Virus record (IMG/VR): IMGVR_UViG_2939311655_000001
Coordinates: 1 to 64,000 of that record
Reading direction: 5' to 3' (one strand)
DNA from: a virus
Lineage: Duplodnaviria; Caudoviricetes
Length of the DNA stretch: 64,000 bases
The notes under the pieces are model-generated. The model did no database searches, had not been told where the DNA came from, and was given only the letters and a program-made list of their open reading frames with translations. Positions within the stretch are counted from its first letter, which is position 1, and the number at the start of each line of letters is the position of its first letter. Below, piece by piece: positions 17,649 through 27,640 of this stretch. The translations under genes and the position numbers were made by a program.

Positions 17649-20600
17649 CAGCCACCCCCGCCCGCGTCCAGGATCTGCGACAGCTGGTCAAACCGCTCCG
17701 TGACGACGCCATGCATGACGCCGAGCATCTGTCCGCCCTCCAAGTACATCGGCCCTTCCAGCATCATCTGGCGCGGGCCGCCGCTACTGCCCCCGCGGCT
17801 CATCAGGGCATTGGCCTGCTGGGTGGTGAATACGGGCTCGGGCCTCCCGGTGCCGTTGTAGGCCAAGTTGAGGCCGGGCTGGAGGTAGCCGCCGGAGTCG
17901 TACTTGCCCTTGTAGGCGTAGTGGGAGGTGAACAGGTTGTTGTTCCAGGCCCGGGCGGACTTTCCGACGGTGACGCCGTCGCCGCCCCGTGATTCGACGT
18001 TGACGCCGTTCAGGGTGCCCGCGGTGTGGCCGACACCAGCATTCGTGATGCCGATCATGTACGGCGACTTGCCGTTCAGGACCCATCCAGGCGGGGCCTG
18101 CTTTCCCGAGAACGCGCCGGTCGCCCAGCGGCGATGGGGCTTCTGGCCTCGGATGACGGACTCGATTGCGGACACGAAACCGGAGCAGTCCCATGACGGG
18201 TTGCCGTTGCCGCCCCACTGGTAATTCTTGCCCGCTTGGGTGCGGGCCCACTTCAGCCCGGACTTGAAACCGCCGGTACCGATTCCGGCCTGGCCAAGCT
18301 TGGTATCAGCCTTGTCGGAGTAGCCGACGATCGTCTTGACCATCTTCTTCGGCACACCGGTGACCATGTCCCGGTACAGGGACGCCGACCCGGAGATCTT
18401 GTCGAGGAGCGGCTTCACGACAGCGTTCAGCCCGGCCTCCGCCGACGCCTTCACACCGTCCTTCAGCCACGACACACCGGACTTCGCGAGGTCGTACCCC
18501 TTCGATGCGGTCGAGCCGACCCAGTCGAAGATGCCGCCCTTCGAGAACCCGCCCTGGAACTGGCCCAAGGGCTTGCCCTTCATCGCCGCCGCGTTCACCG
18601 CGTGGAGACGAGCCCGCTCATACGGGTTCCGCATTGCCTCGGACACGTACACGCCCTCGCCGCGGCGCATCGGAACGAGCTGGTCATCGCCCTGCCGGTA
18701 CGACGACGTGCCCGGCAGAACACCGCCCCGCGCCCAGCCCTTCGTCTCCATCGGCTGGAGCTTGGGGGCGCCGAACGCCTTCGCGATCGTGTTCCACGTG
18801 GGAACGATGCCCGCGTTGTAGATCTTGTCGATGATGAAGCGGACAGGCCTCTTCGCGATGTCCTTGACCTTGTCCCAGGCCTTCCCGATGAAGTCCTTCG
18901 CGTCCTCAAACGACTGCCCGACGGCCTTTATGCCCTTCTTCATCAGGTCGAACTGGGGCTTGAGGCCCTTGTCCCACAGCCACTTGCCCCGGTCCGCGAT
19001 CCACCCGAAGACGGGCTTCGCGTACTTGTCCCACAACTCCTTGATCTTGTCGCCGAGGAGCCCCAGGCCGGTCTTGAAAAGTGTCCAAGCGGGCTGAACC
19101 TTCTTCTGCCACAGCCAGACAGCCTTGTCGCCGATGTACGTGAACACGGGGCTCACGTACTTACTCCACAACTCCTTGACCTTGGCACCCAGAAGGGTCA
19201 TCCCGACCTTGATGGCATCCCACGCGGGCTTGATTGCCACACGCCACAGCCACTTCGCCCTTTCCCCGATCCATCCGAAGACCGGCCCGATGGCCGTTTC
19301 CCACAGCCACTTGGCGTGAGAGGCCAACAGCTTGAACGCCACCACCAGCGGGGCGATGAGGATCGTCAGGACGACCGTCGCGAGAACACGTGCCGCCGCC
19401 CCGATGAAGCCGAACACTGGCGACAGAATCGTGTCCCACAGCCACGAGGCGGCCGTCCCGACCGCCTTGAACGCTGTCACGAACGCGTCGAACGTCGGCT
19501 TCAGAATGGTGTTCCAGACGAACAGGGCGCCCGTCTTCAGCGCCGACCAGACCGCGTCGACCGCCGTTCGGAACCAGCCGAAGTGCTTGTACGCGTAGAT
19601 GACCGCAGCCGTGAGCGCAATGATCCCGATGACAATCAACGTGATCGGGTTCGCGTTCATGACGGCGTTGAACAGGAGCAGGCCGAGGGTCCACACGCGG
19701 GTCGCGACGAACGCCAGGTACATCAACTGGATCAGCCACGGCAACGTCTCAGCGATCGACGCAATTGCACGCGCCACCGCACCCAGAATCTGCAGCACGG
19801 GCCCGGACAACGGTGCCAGCGCCTTCGCCACCTGGAAGAACGCACTGGAAATGTCACCGATCGCCCGGGCCAGGACCGGCCCCTGCTCCGACGCGTAGGC
19901 GAGGAACCGCTCGAACTTGTCGGACCCCTTCAGGCTGGTCCCCCACTTCGCGAACCGGCCCGTGATCCGCTGCATGGTCGCCGAAATCGAGTCCATGTGC
20001 GGGAGGAACGCCTGGATGACACCGGCCATGCCCTTGAAGATCCGGCCGAAGGACGCGCCCAGGCCAACGATCGCGGGCTCGACCGAGCCCGCCAAGTCCT
20101 TCTTGAACGTCTGCCACCACGGCGACTTGAAGCCGGCCGACACCCGGTCCTGCAACGTCTTGATGCCGCGGGCCGCCGCAAGCACGAACGGCGTCAGACC
20201 CGGCAGGCTGTTCTTCAGTCCGATCAGGGCACGGGTGAACAGCGGCATGACCTGCGGCTGTAGCGACGTCGACCACGCCTTGAACGCCGTCCGCAGCGAC
20301 GTGAACGCATCGAACGTGCCCCGCGCGGCCGGCGTCAGCTTCGCGAGCTCGGCCTGGTACTTCGCTTGCGCCAGGGCAGCCTGATCGACGCCCCCGGCCG
20401 CCGACTGCGACGCGGAGGCAATCTGACGCTGAGCAGACGCGATCGAGTCCGCCGCAGATTCCTGCGCGGCGACAAGGGACTCCTGAGCGCGTGCGACGGA
20501 TCGTGCCCCGTCCTCCTGGACCTTCGTGACGTTGCGCTGGGACTCGGCGACCTTCTCCTGCGCCTTCGCAATGTCCTGCTGGTTCGTGACCTGCTGCCGG

Positions 20601-22171
20601 GCCGCCTCATCGCGGGCCTTCGTCAGCGCCTTCCCCTGCTCGGCAAGGTTCTTCTCGGCGTCAGCGATGCGCTCCTGCGCCGCCTTCACCTGGTCGGAGC
20701 CGTCAACCCCGGCCTTGTCGGCAGCCTTCTTCTCATCCGACAGCGCCTTCGTCTCGGCCTGCTGCTCCTTGAGCCGCTGTACCGCCTGGTCGTAGGCCAA
20801 CTGGGCGCGCTGCTGTTCCAGCACCGTCGCCTTGCTGCCCACCGCCTGGGTCGCCCGCAACCGGTCGCGGGCCGCCTGCACATCGAGGACGGCATCCCGC
20901 TCAGACAATTGAGCGTTCGCCACCCGGTCCGAGAGGGCTGCCAGCTCGGCAGCCGCATCCTTCCGTGCCTGCGTCAGGTCCTGCTGTGCCTGCACCGCTG
21001 TGCGCTGAGCGTCAGCAAGGGACTCCTCCGCCTGCGTCACACGCTCAGCCGCAGCCTTCTGCCGGTCCGCGGCCTGCTGTACCGCGTCCGCCAGAGCAGC
21101 CTTGGCCGCCTTCACCTGCTGGGCAGCCTGGGCAGCGGCCTCGGTCGACGACCGAACAGCATCCGCCACCGACTGCTCGGCCTGCTTGATCTGCCGGGCC
21201 GCGTTCCGGTGCGCTGACGCCAGAGCCTGCTGTGCGCCGGCCAATTGAAGTGCCTGGGAGGCGCCCTGCCCATTCGACTGGGCGCCCTTCAGCGTCGACG
21301 CACTCGCAGCATCCTGCGCCGCCTTCTGTGCCTGCAACGCCCCAGCAATTCCGATGATGGCAGGGGCCGCCACAGCAGCCAGAGCGCCCACACCGACAGC
21401 AGCCGACACGGCAGCCGCACCGACCGCACCAATTCCTGCAGCGAGTACAGGGATGGCTGGAATGACGGCCAGCCCGCCGATTGCAACGGTGAGCTGCAGT
21501 ACTGCTGACAGGGCGCCGGACGTGTTCACGTTGACGCGGGCGGTCTTCCCGTCGACGCCATCGATCGCAGCCCGCACCGCGGCCAACTCGCCCAGGGCCG
21601 ACGCAGTATCGGCCCTCACCTGCACGTTGGGGTGCTGGGCGCCAAGACGGGTCAGCTCAGCCTCGATCAGCTTGATCTCAGCCTTCGCGGCGGCGGCGTC
21701 GATATCGATACCGATCCGCTTGTTCGCCAGAGTCTCCATCCGGACCCGGAGCGCCTGCAGATCGGCGTCAGCCTCAGACGTACTCGCATCAATCTTGATC
21801 TTCGGGAGGGAGCGGAACGCCGCCTCCAAACGCGTCTTCAACGCCCGGGAGAACGCGCCACCCGTCTCGCTGCCCTCACGAACCGCGGACGCACGGGCAG
21901 CCGCCCCGCCCTGAGTCACCCCATCCCGAAACGCGCCACGGATCTCGGCCACGATTCGGGCAGCGATCTGCGACCCGATCTGCTGACCGATCCGCAGACC
22001 AATGCCCCCGACCTCGGACTGCATCGCCGGGCCGAAACTCCGCCCCGCCGACCGGCCAGCCTCCTCCCCAGCACGGGTAGCTGCCGGAACGAGCGCCCGC
22101 TGCAACCGCTGGTAGATACCCTGCGTGTTCGGGATGACGTCCACTTCGACGCTGCCGACGCTGATTGCCAC
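17648..22171 (-). CDS. Tape measure protein with C-terminal NlpC/P60-like peptidase
   Basis: 1507 aa, Ala/Gln coiled coil, Trp-periodic repeats, YQWGG...WDCSG...GHT. Confidence 0.93.
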   Translation of the reverse strand: MAISVGSVEVDVIPNTQGIYQRLQRALVPAATRAGEEAGRSAGRSFGPAMQSEVGGIGLRIGQQIGSQIAARIVAEIRGAFRDGVTQGGAAARASAVREGSETGGAFSRALKTRLEAAFRSLPKIKIDASTSEADADLQALRVRMETLANKRIGIDIDAAAAKAEIKLIEAELTRLGAQHPNVQVRADTASALGELAAVRAAIDGVDGKTARVNVNTSGALSAVLQLTVAIGGLAVIPAIPVLAAGIGAVGAAAVSAAVGVGALAAVAAPAIIGIAGALQAQKAAQDAASASTLKGAQSNGQGASQALQLAGAQQALASAHRNAARQIKQAEQSVADAVRSSTEAAAQAAQQVKAAKAALADAVQQAADRQKAAAERVTQAEESLADAQRTAVQAQQDLTQARKDAAAELAALSDRVANAQLSERDAVLDVQAARDRLRATQAVGSKATVLEQQRAQLAYDQAVQRLKEQQAETKALSDEKKAADKAGVDGSDQVKAAQERIADAEKNLAEQGKALTKARDEAARQQVTNQQDIAKAQEKVAESQRNVTKVQEDGARSVARAQESLVAAQESAADSIASAQRQIASASQSAAGGVDQAALAQAKYQAELAKLTPAARGTFDAFTSLRTAFKAWSTSLQPQVMPLFTRALIGLKNSLPGLTPFVLAAARGIKTLQDRVSAGFKSPWWQTFKKDLAGSVEPAIVGLGASFGRIFKGMAGVIQAFLPHMDSISATMQRITGRFAKWGTSLKGSDKFERFLAYASEQGPVLARAIGDISSAFFQVAKALAPLSGPVLQILGAVARAIASIAETLPWLIQLMYLAFVATRVWTLGLLLFNAVMNANPITLIVIGIIALTAAVIYAYKHFGWFRTAVDAVWSALKTGALFVWNTILKPTFDAFVTAFKAVGTAASWLWDTILSPVFGFIGAAARVLATVVLTILIAPLVVAFKLLASHAKWLWETAIGPVFGWIGERAKWLWRVAIKPAWDAIKVGMTLLGAKVKELWSKYVSPVFTYIGDKAVWLWQKKVQPAWTLFKTGLGLLGDKIKELWDKYAKPVFGWIADRGKWLWDKGLKPQFDLMKKGIKAVGQSFEDAKDFIGKAWDKVKDIAKRPVRFIIDKIYNAGIVPTWNTIAKAFGAPKLQPMETKGWARGGVLPGTSSYRQGDDQLVPMRRGEGVYVSEAMRNPYERARLHAVNAAAMKGKPLGQFQGGFSKGGIFDWVGSTASKGYDLAKSGVSWLKDGVKASAEAGLNAVVKPLLDKISGSASLYRDMVTGVPKKMVKTIVGYSDKADTKLGQAGIGTGGFKSGLKWARTQAGKNYQWGGNGNPSWDCSGFVSAIESVIRGQKPHRRWATGAFSGKQAPPGWVLNGKSPYMIGITNAGVGHTAGTLNGVNVESRGGDGVTVGKSARAWNNNLFTSHYAYKGKYDSGGYLQPGLNLAYNGTGRPEPVFTTQQANALMSRGGSSGGPRQMMLEGPMYLEGGQMLGVMHGVVTERFDQLSQILDAGGGG

Positions 22172-22190
22172 GGGAGCCTCCTCCCGCGCG

Positions 22191-22658
22191 TCAGGCCGCG
22201 CCGCCGTTGATCAGCTGGAAGAGGCGTTCCGCCTGTCCCGTGGTGAGCTTGTCGGGCTTCTTCGGGCCGCCCACACCCGGGCGACGCATCGGCTCCGGCC
22301 GCTTCGGCTTCGGACCCTTACCGTCAGAGTTCGCACGGACGAGGATGTACTCGATCTGATGCAAAGAGTCCGTGATCCCGGCCAGCAGCTGCTGATCCAT
22401 CGACCAGCGGCCCTTCTCCGGCTCCCCGTTCCGGGCCTGCTCCTCGTACTCCTCCGCCGACATGGCGAGGCGGAGTGCCGTCATCGTCGCGGACTCCGGT
22501 GGCAGGCGCTGAATCAGCACCCGCAGCCGGCGCGACGTCATCTCGCCCCGCCAGTACGCGTCGATCTGACAGCTCGGGTCCGGGTAGTACCAGGCGAGAT
22601 CGCCCTCTACCGCCTCCGCGTGCGCCTCGACGACGTGGCGGGTCCACGCGATTTCCCC
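22191..22658 (-). CDS. Tail assembly chaperone, -1 frameshift extension (gpT-like)
   Basis: Reading frame open from the slippery site to 22191 (EIAWTRHVVEAHAEAVEGDLAWYY...MTSRRL). Confidence 0.8.
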   Translation of the reverse strand, partial: GEIAWTRHVVEAHAEAVEGDLAWYYPDPSCQIDAYWRGEMTSRRLRVLIQRLPPESATMTALRLAMSAEEYEEQARNGEPEKGRWSMDQQLLAGITDSLHQIEYILVRANSDGKGPKPKRPEPMRRPGVGGPKKPDKLTTGQAERLFQLINGGAA

Positions 22659-23026
22659 AGGCTCTCACCACCGCGCTGTGCGGCCTCCGACACGAACGCT
22701 TCGAACTCGTCGTTCGTGGGGTCGATCTCGAAGTACAGGTCCAGGTCCTCGGGATGCACTACCTGCTCGGCGAAGTACGTGAAGTTCGCGTTGGAGAGGG
22801 CTGTCTGCCACGACTGCCTCCATGCGCCGGGCGGGACGATGCGGATCTCCTCGTCGGCGAGCACGGCCGTGACGTAGTGGCCCTCCGCCTCGATCTCCTG
22901 CGCCGCGGCGGGGCCGGTCTCCTCGTCGAAGGCGTCGTCGCGGGCGGTGGGTGCGAGCTCGCGCGGTGTCCGGACGGGACGGGGCGTGGTCTTGCGGGTG
23001 GATGTGGTGCGGCTGTTCGCGGCCAT
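22607..23026 (-). CDS. Tail assembly chaperone (gpG-like)
   Basis: Between major tail and TMP; ends GESLGK. Confidence 0.85.
   Translation of the reverse strand: MAANSRTTSTRKTTPRPVRTPRELAPTARDDAFDEETGPAAAQEIEAEGHYVTAVLADEEIRIVPPGAWRQSWQTALSNANFTYFAEQVVHPEDLDLYFEIDPTNDEFEAFVSEAAQRGGESLGKSRGPATSSRRTRRR
22652..22658 (-). other. Programmed -1 ribosomal frameshift heptamer GGGGAAA
   Basis: CTG GGG AAA at the end of the chaperone; the -1 frame joins the downstream ORF. Confidence 0.85.
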
Positions 23027-23117
23027 CGGCGCGGGCCTCCAGGGTCAGTGGCGCGGGCAAAGGGGGAAGGGTGGGCGGACCGGGCCCGCGCCAGCAGAAA
23101 TGGCCCGCCCACCCAGC

Positions 23118-23705
23118 TCAGGAGCCCGTGTACACAGGCGTCACGGGCAGCTTGTCGACGTGGTAGACCGTGTTGCCCGCCGCGTCGGGGTACGTAGTGA
23201 TCGTCCACTCGTAGCCGGACATCTCGTCCTGCTTGAACGTCACGTCGGACCGGTCGTTGATCTCACCCTCGGGGACGTAGAACCCCTTGTAGGCGCCTCC
23301 GTCGATGACGAGGAACCAGAACGCCCGCCGGTCCGGGACCGGGCTGGCGGTCTCGGCGTACTTCGTGAGGCCGTCCTCGTCCGGCTCCAGCGCCGCCGCA
23401 TCGAGCCGGTACTGAAGGGACTGAACCGACGTGCGGGACGTCTCCCACACCGTCAGCCCGAACGTCCGCACGCTCTTGGTGATCTGCGTGCGGAACGGGG
23501 AAGACAGCCCCCACGGGGTGAACTCCTGCGAGTCCTCGTCGAACCCGTAGGTCAGGCCGTCGTCCGAGATCGCACCGAGAGGCTCCCACGGATCGAGGGG
23601 CTGCGACAGCGGCGAATCCAGGGCCGGGGTGCCGACCGGGGAAACCCAGCCGCCACCGTTCGCTCCGACGAGCGCCAGATCCGCAGCGCGGGTGATCAGA
23701 ACCAT
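23118..23705 (-). CDS. Major tail (tube) protein
   Basis: LGAISDDGL, FTPWG, TITTYPD; C-terminus YTGS. Confidence 0.88.
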   Translation of the reverse strand: MVLITRAADLALVGANGGGWVSPVGTPALDSPLSQPLDPWEPLGAISDDGLTYGFDEDSQEFTPWGLSSPFRTQITKSVRTFGLTVWETSRTSVQSLQYRLDAAALEPDEDGLTKYAETASPVPDRRAFWFLVIDGGAYKGFYVPEGEINDRSDVTFKQDEMSGYEWTITTYPDAAGNTVYHVDKLPVTPVYTGS

Positions 23706-23771
23706 GATGTTCTCCAGACATGGAAGAGCCCGCGCACGGGCGGGAAGGGCACGGCGCGGGCCCGAAACCGG

Positions 23772-24173
23772 TCAGGAAACCGGGTGACTGTAGATCTGAT
23801 ACGTGGCCCCGACACGTCGGAGCCCCGTGTTCTCGTAAGGCCTCACGGCCGGGGGCGGCGACGACGCGACCCGCCCATACACGGCTCTACTGGTCTGCGC
23901 CCCAGGCAGTTCCGTGAGTAGCCAGCCCCGGATCAGCAGCGCCAGGTCGAACGCGCCGCCGCGAGTCGCCGCATACACGTCGATGTCGACCAGGGCGCGA
24001 TCGAGACGGAAGCCGTCATCGCCACCGGCAGGGATTCGCTGAACCTGAACGGTCGGCAGCTCATTGAGGAGGTTGTTGTCGACCTCGTCACGAACCACTA
24101 CGCCGGCCCCGGCCTTCGCCTGCAGCCAGCCGATCAGGTCCAGCTCGATGTCTACCGATCCCACAGCGGCCAT
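23772..24173 (-). CDS. Tail terminator
   Basis: LPTVQVQR, DIDVYAAT; position upstream of the tube gene. Confidence 0.75.
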   Translation of the reverse strand: MAAVGSVDIELDLIGWLQAKAGAGVVVRDEVDNNLLNELPTVQVQRIPAGGDDGFRLDRALVDIDVYAATRGGAFDLALLIRGWLLTELPGAQTSRAVYGRVASSPPPAVRPYENTGLRRVGATYQIYSHPVS

Positions 24174-24511
24174 CAGTCACCGCCCGCCTGAGCTGCACGA
24201 AGCATCACGTGATGGGCGGTGACCTTCTCCGTGCCGTACTCCACCCACCGGGCGTAGTACGCCGTGTTCGTGACCGTGGCCGTCGCGCGGTCCTTCCGTC
24301 GGCCACCACGGTTCGTCGTCGTGACCTTGAACGACTCCTTGTAGTGTCCCGGCGTCGACTTCCACGGCCCGGCGTAGACGGGGGCGATCGCTATCGCGGC
24401 GTCCTCAATCTTCTCGGCCCGGTGGAGCATGTCCGCCTGAATCATTCGGGACTTCAGGAGCTGCCCGACACCCTTCTTGGACATCTTGAACCTGGCGGGC
24501 ATCATGACCAC
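24173..24511 (-). CDS. HK97 gp10-like tail completion protein
   Basis: PGHYKES, YARWVEYGT motif. Confidence 0.82.
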   Translation of the reverse strand: MVMMPARFKMSKKGVGQLLKSRMIQADMLHRAEKIEDAAIAIAPVYAGPWKSTPGHYKESFKVTTTNRGGRRKDRATATVTNTAYYARWVEYGTEKVTAHHVMLRAAQAGGD

Positions 24512-24532
24512 CTCGACTCATTGGGGGGCGGC

Positions 24533-24859
24533 ATGGACGTCAAGGGCGTACAGGGCAGCATCAGCTTCGACGGTGAATGGATAACCATCACGAAGAAGGA
24601 AGTCGGGCAGCAGCAACGCCAGTTCCGCATCCGGGCCGCGGACGTCACAGGAACCAGGCTCAAGCCCGGCACCCGCCTGTTCCACGGCTACGTGCAGTTC
24701 CTGCTGCCAGGAAGCGCCCCGGCCACGGAGACGAAGGGCCTGATGGCCGGTGGCCGGCCGCCGCAGTCAGACCCGCACAGCCTGTCGATCCGGCACAGCG
24801 CCAACGACGCCGCCGCGAAACTCGTCGCAGCCGTCGAGCAAGCCCGGCCTACCCCGTGA
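24533..24859 (+). CDS. DUF4429 (bacterial PH-like) protein, antisense to the late operon
   Basis: KGVQGSISFDGEWITI...KPG..FHGYVQF. Confidence 0.75.
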   Translation: MDVKGVQGSISFDGEWITITKKEVGQQQRQFRIRAADVTGTRLKPGTRLFHGYVQFLLPGSAPATETKGLMAGGRPPQSDPHSLSIRHSANDAAAKLVAAVEQARPTP

Positions 24860-25211
24860 CCCGGTCGGCAGCGAACTGCACAGGGCCGCGGGTGCCCGTG
24901 AACGGCGACTGATGCCAGTCTCCCGGCTCACCCGTCACCTCGCACACCTGGCCACGGATCCGAAACTGGTCCGTGGTCAGCACGCTCGTGTCCGGCGGGG
25001 CGTACACAGTGAAGCCGACAACCACTGTGTCCCTCTCCTGCTGCTGAGCGCCGCCCACCTGCGGAGTCTCCGCACGCGGCGCCACCACGCAGCCGACGAT
25101 CGGCGTCTCCGTCATCAGCCCGGGAATCGGCTGCCCCCGAGGGTCCCGACCGGGCGACGTGCCGCGGCGGAGCCGCACGATCGTCTCCCCATACGGGTAA
25201 GGAGCAGGCAT
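24849..25211 (-). CDS. Head-tail stopper/adaptor
   Basis: DPRGQP, TVYAP, DQFRIRG, EVTGEP motifs. Confidence 0.78.
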   Translation of the reverse strand: MPAPYPYGETIVRLRRGTSPGRDPRGQPIPGLMTETPIVGCVVAPRAETPQVGGAQQQERDTVVVGFTVYAPPDTSVLTTDQFRIRGQVCEVTGEPGDWHQSPFTGTRGPVQFAADRVTG

Positions 25212-25624
25212 CAGCCATACCCCCAGCCGGGCTCGAACTCGTCCGCGAAGCCAGCATCGTCGACCGGCCACGTCGGCGACGGATCCGCCGTAGCTGGTGT
25301 CGGATCCACCGTGAACGCGCCTCCCCGGCCCGCGAGACTCTTGAGTGCAGCCTTGTCGGCCTTCGTCAGATACAGGCCGCCCGAACCAGACGGGCGCTGC
25401 ACCGACATCGGGCCGATCGTCTCGTAGCTGACCTGCTGCGGATTGACGTAAGCACGCCCCGCCACCGACAGAACAACCGCAGTCGCCTGAGCCGGCAGCG
25501 GCTTCACAACAGACTCAGCGAGAGCTACCGCCTGCTGGATCAGCAGATCCGCCCGGTCCCCCTGGATCTCATCCATACCGAGGTACATGCCGAGCTGCTC
25601 AGCCGTCGGAGCAACGAACACCAT
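25211..25624 (-). CDS. Head-tail connector (Gp19/Gp15-like)
   Basis: RAYVNP, ETIGP, GGLYLT, AFTVD. Confidence 0.8.
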   Translation of the reverse strand: MVFVAPTAEQLGMYLGMDEIQGDRADLLIQQAVALAESVVKPLPAQATAVVLSVAGRAYVNPQQVSYETIGPMSVQRPSGSGGLYLTKADKAALKSLAGRGGAFTVDPTPATADPSPTWPVDDAGFADEFEPGWGYG

Positions 25625-25633
25625 CGAGACCTC

Positions 25634-26665
25634 CTACCGGGTCAGCCCTTCGACCGCATCGCACCACACGGACAGTTCGGCCTCCGGATCCAGCTCCGCG
25701 CTCCGGGCCTTCGCCCGCTTCGACGCCAGCCGGTACTCGGCCGGCGCCAGCAGCTTGCGGATGACCGCCTCGTAGCCCTCGACGTCCTCACGGTCGACGA
25801 AGACCCCGGCCTCACCCAGCGACTCGCACAGCCCCGGGGTGGGGTGCGCGACGACGGGGATACCTGAGGCGAGCGCCTCACAGCCGGCCCGCCCCCACGA
25901 CTCGTAGGAACTGGGCATGAGCAGCACCTTCGTGCGGGCGTACACCTTCTCCCGCATCTCCTCGCCACGGACGTGCTCGACGATCTCCACGTTCGGCAGG
26001 TCCGGGAGGATCTGCTCGCCGTAAGCGCCCCGGACCGCCAGGAACTCCTGGTCAGGCATCCGCTCCGCCAAAGCCCGAAGGACCTTTCCGCCCTTCTCAG
26101 GGTTGCAGTTCACCAGCGTGATGGCCTTGCCGGGCTTCGTTGCGTACTCGTCGGCGAACACCGGAGGACGCACGATCAGCTCGCTGCCCGGCCGGACGCC
26201 CTTCGGGTACTCGGCAAAGAAGAGCTCCGCCTCCCTCTGCATCCACTCTGAGTTGTAGACAGCCAAGGCCGTGCCGCCAGCCGCAGCATCACGGAACGTC
26301 GGACGGTGCGTGTTGTGGCAGACCACCACCAGCGGGGCCCCGTAGCCGCGGGCCATCGCAGCCGTCGACGGAACGGTCTCCAGATGGGCGATCAGGGCGT
26401 GCGCCCTTTTCACCGCCGTCGGAAAGTCCAGGCGGGCTTCCAGGGGAACCACCTGAATCCCCCGGTAGTCGTACACCTCGTGAGCCTTCCCGTACCGGGA
26501 CAGCCACACCTGCACATCGTGCCCGCGCTCCGCCAAAGGCCGCAGCATGGAGACGAGCATGTGCTCGGCCCCCGCATTGTGTTCCGGCGGCATCGCATGA
26601 ACACGGGCCACGATGCGCAGCGGCTTCGCGGTCCCGCCCGGCGCGGAGGCCGGGACCGCAGCCAT
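25634..26665 (-). CDS. Glycosyltransferase family 4 (GT-B)
   Basis: GAEH, NPEKGG, PSSYESWGRAGCEALASGIPVV; TGATG overlap with the capsid stop. Confidence 0.9.
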   Translation of the reverse strand: MAAVPASAPGGTAKPLRIVARVHAMPPEHNAGAEHMLVSMLRPLAERGHDVQVWLSRYGKAHEVYDYRGIQVVPLEARLDFPTAVKRAHALIAHLETVPSTAAMARGYGAPLVVVCHNTHRPTFRDAAAGGTALAVYNSEWMQREAELFFAEYPKGVRPGSELIVRPPVFADEYATKPGKAITLVNCNPEKGGKVLRALAERMPDQEFLAVRGAYGEQILPDLPNVEIVEHVRGEEMREKVYARTKVLLMPSSYESWGRAGCEALASGIPVVAHPTPGLCESLGEAGVFVDREDVEGYEAVIRKLLAPAEYRLASKRAKARSAELDPEAELSVWCDAVEGLTR

Positions 26666-27621
26666 CAGCTACCGCTCGGGGTGCCGGTGAACTTCACGAA
26701 CGCCTGCGCGTCGCCCTGCACGTAGCCGTAGTACGCCTCCGCGAGGATCAGCACCAGGTTCTCCTGGAACGCGGAGTGCACGCCGCCCTCCTCGTCGACG
26801 TAGGTCGCCTCCTTCGAGATCCGCACGGTGATGTCCATGCCGACCCCGTAGGCCGCCTGCGACCAGTCGCCACCGATCGCCCGCAGCCCTGAGTCCGAGC
26901 TGGTGGACTGACGGCGCTGCTTCCCCGACACGCTGCGGGAGTACGCCAGCGGCTCCCCGATCAGAGTGCCTGCCGACGCCATCTGCGTCCCCGGCACCGT
27001 CGTGTCGACCAGGATCGGCCGGCCCGTCGTGTCCGTGGCCAGCAGCAGCTTCGGCTTCAGGCGGTGGTCGGCGATCGTGCCGGTGTAGTCCCAGTCCTCG
27101 TCGATGACCTCTTCCATGCCGGTCACGAGGTCCGCCCAGATGCCGCCGTTCGCCTGAGCGGCCGTACCCAGCGTCACCGAGTTCGTGGTCATCGCCAGGT
27201 AGTCGGTGAACGGGCCCGCCGCGCCCTTCATGGTGAGGCCGTGGATCGCTGCGTGGTCGAAGGCGCGGGCGAACGCCGTCGGCAGGTCACGCTGCAGCTG
27301 CTCGTACAGACCGCCCGCGTTGGTCATCGCGACCTCTTCGGCGACCGGAATGAGGACGGCGACCTTCTTCGCCGTCATCTGCTTGATGCCGACGCTGGAC
27401 GTCGACAGGGGCTTCTTCGCCGCCTGCCCCACCCAGTCCGCGGTCGGGACATCCATCGGGATCGGGACGCTGGTCGTCGCGTCGATCGCCAGCGGCGCCG
27501 GCCGCGCCAGCGCCATCACCGCCGACTGCTCGACGGACTTCTCGAAGATCGGCGCCGTGATCGTTCGCGGCAGCAGCGCGGCATTAACATCGGACAGCTT
27601 CAGGGGAGCGGTAACCGCCAT
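26665..27621 (-). CDS. Major capsid protein (HK97 fold)
   Basis: ADWVG, KKVAVLIP, AFDHAAIHG, DTTGRP, GGDWS, FQENLV; C-terminus TPSGS. Confidence 0.93.
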   Translation of the reverse strand: MAVTAPLKLSDVNAALLPRTITAPIFEKSVEQSAVMALARPAPLAIDATTSVPIPMDVPTADWVGQAAKKPLSTSSVGIKQMTAKKVAVLIPVAEEVAMTNAGGLYEQLQRDLPTAFARAFDHAAIHGLTMKGAAGPFTDYLAMTTNSVTLGTAAQANGGIWADLVTGMEEVIDEDWDYTGTIADHRLKPKLLLATDTTGRPILVDTTVPGTQMASAGTLIGEPLAYSRSVSGKQRRQSTSSDSGLRAIGGDWSQAAYGVGMDITVRISKEATYVDEEGGVHSAFQENLVLILAEAYYGYVQGDAQAFVKFTGTPSGS

Positions 27622-27640
27622 GATCGTCTACTCTCTGCAG

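Noticed and set aside
18236-20263. 675-aa + strand ORF and similar long antisense ORFs across the late operon
   Set aside because: Shadow frames of tape measure, portal and other clear minus-strand genes
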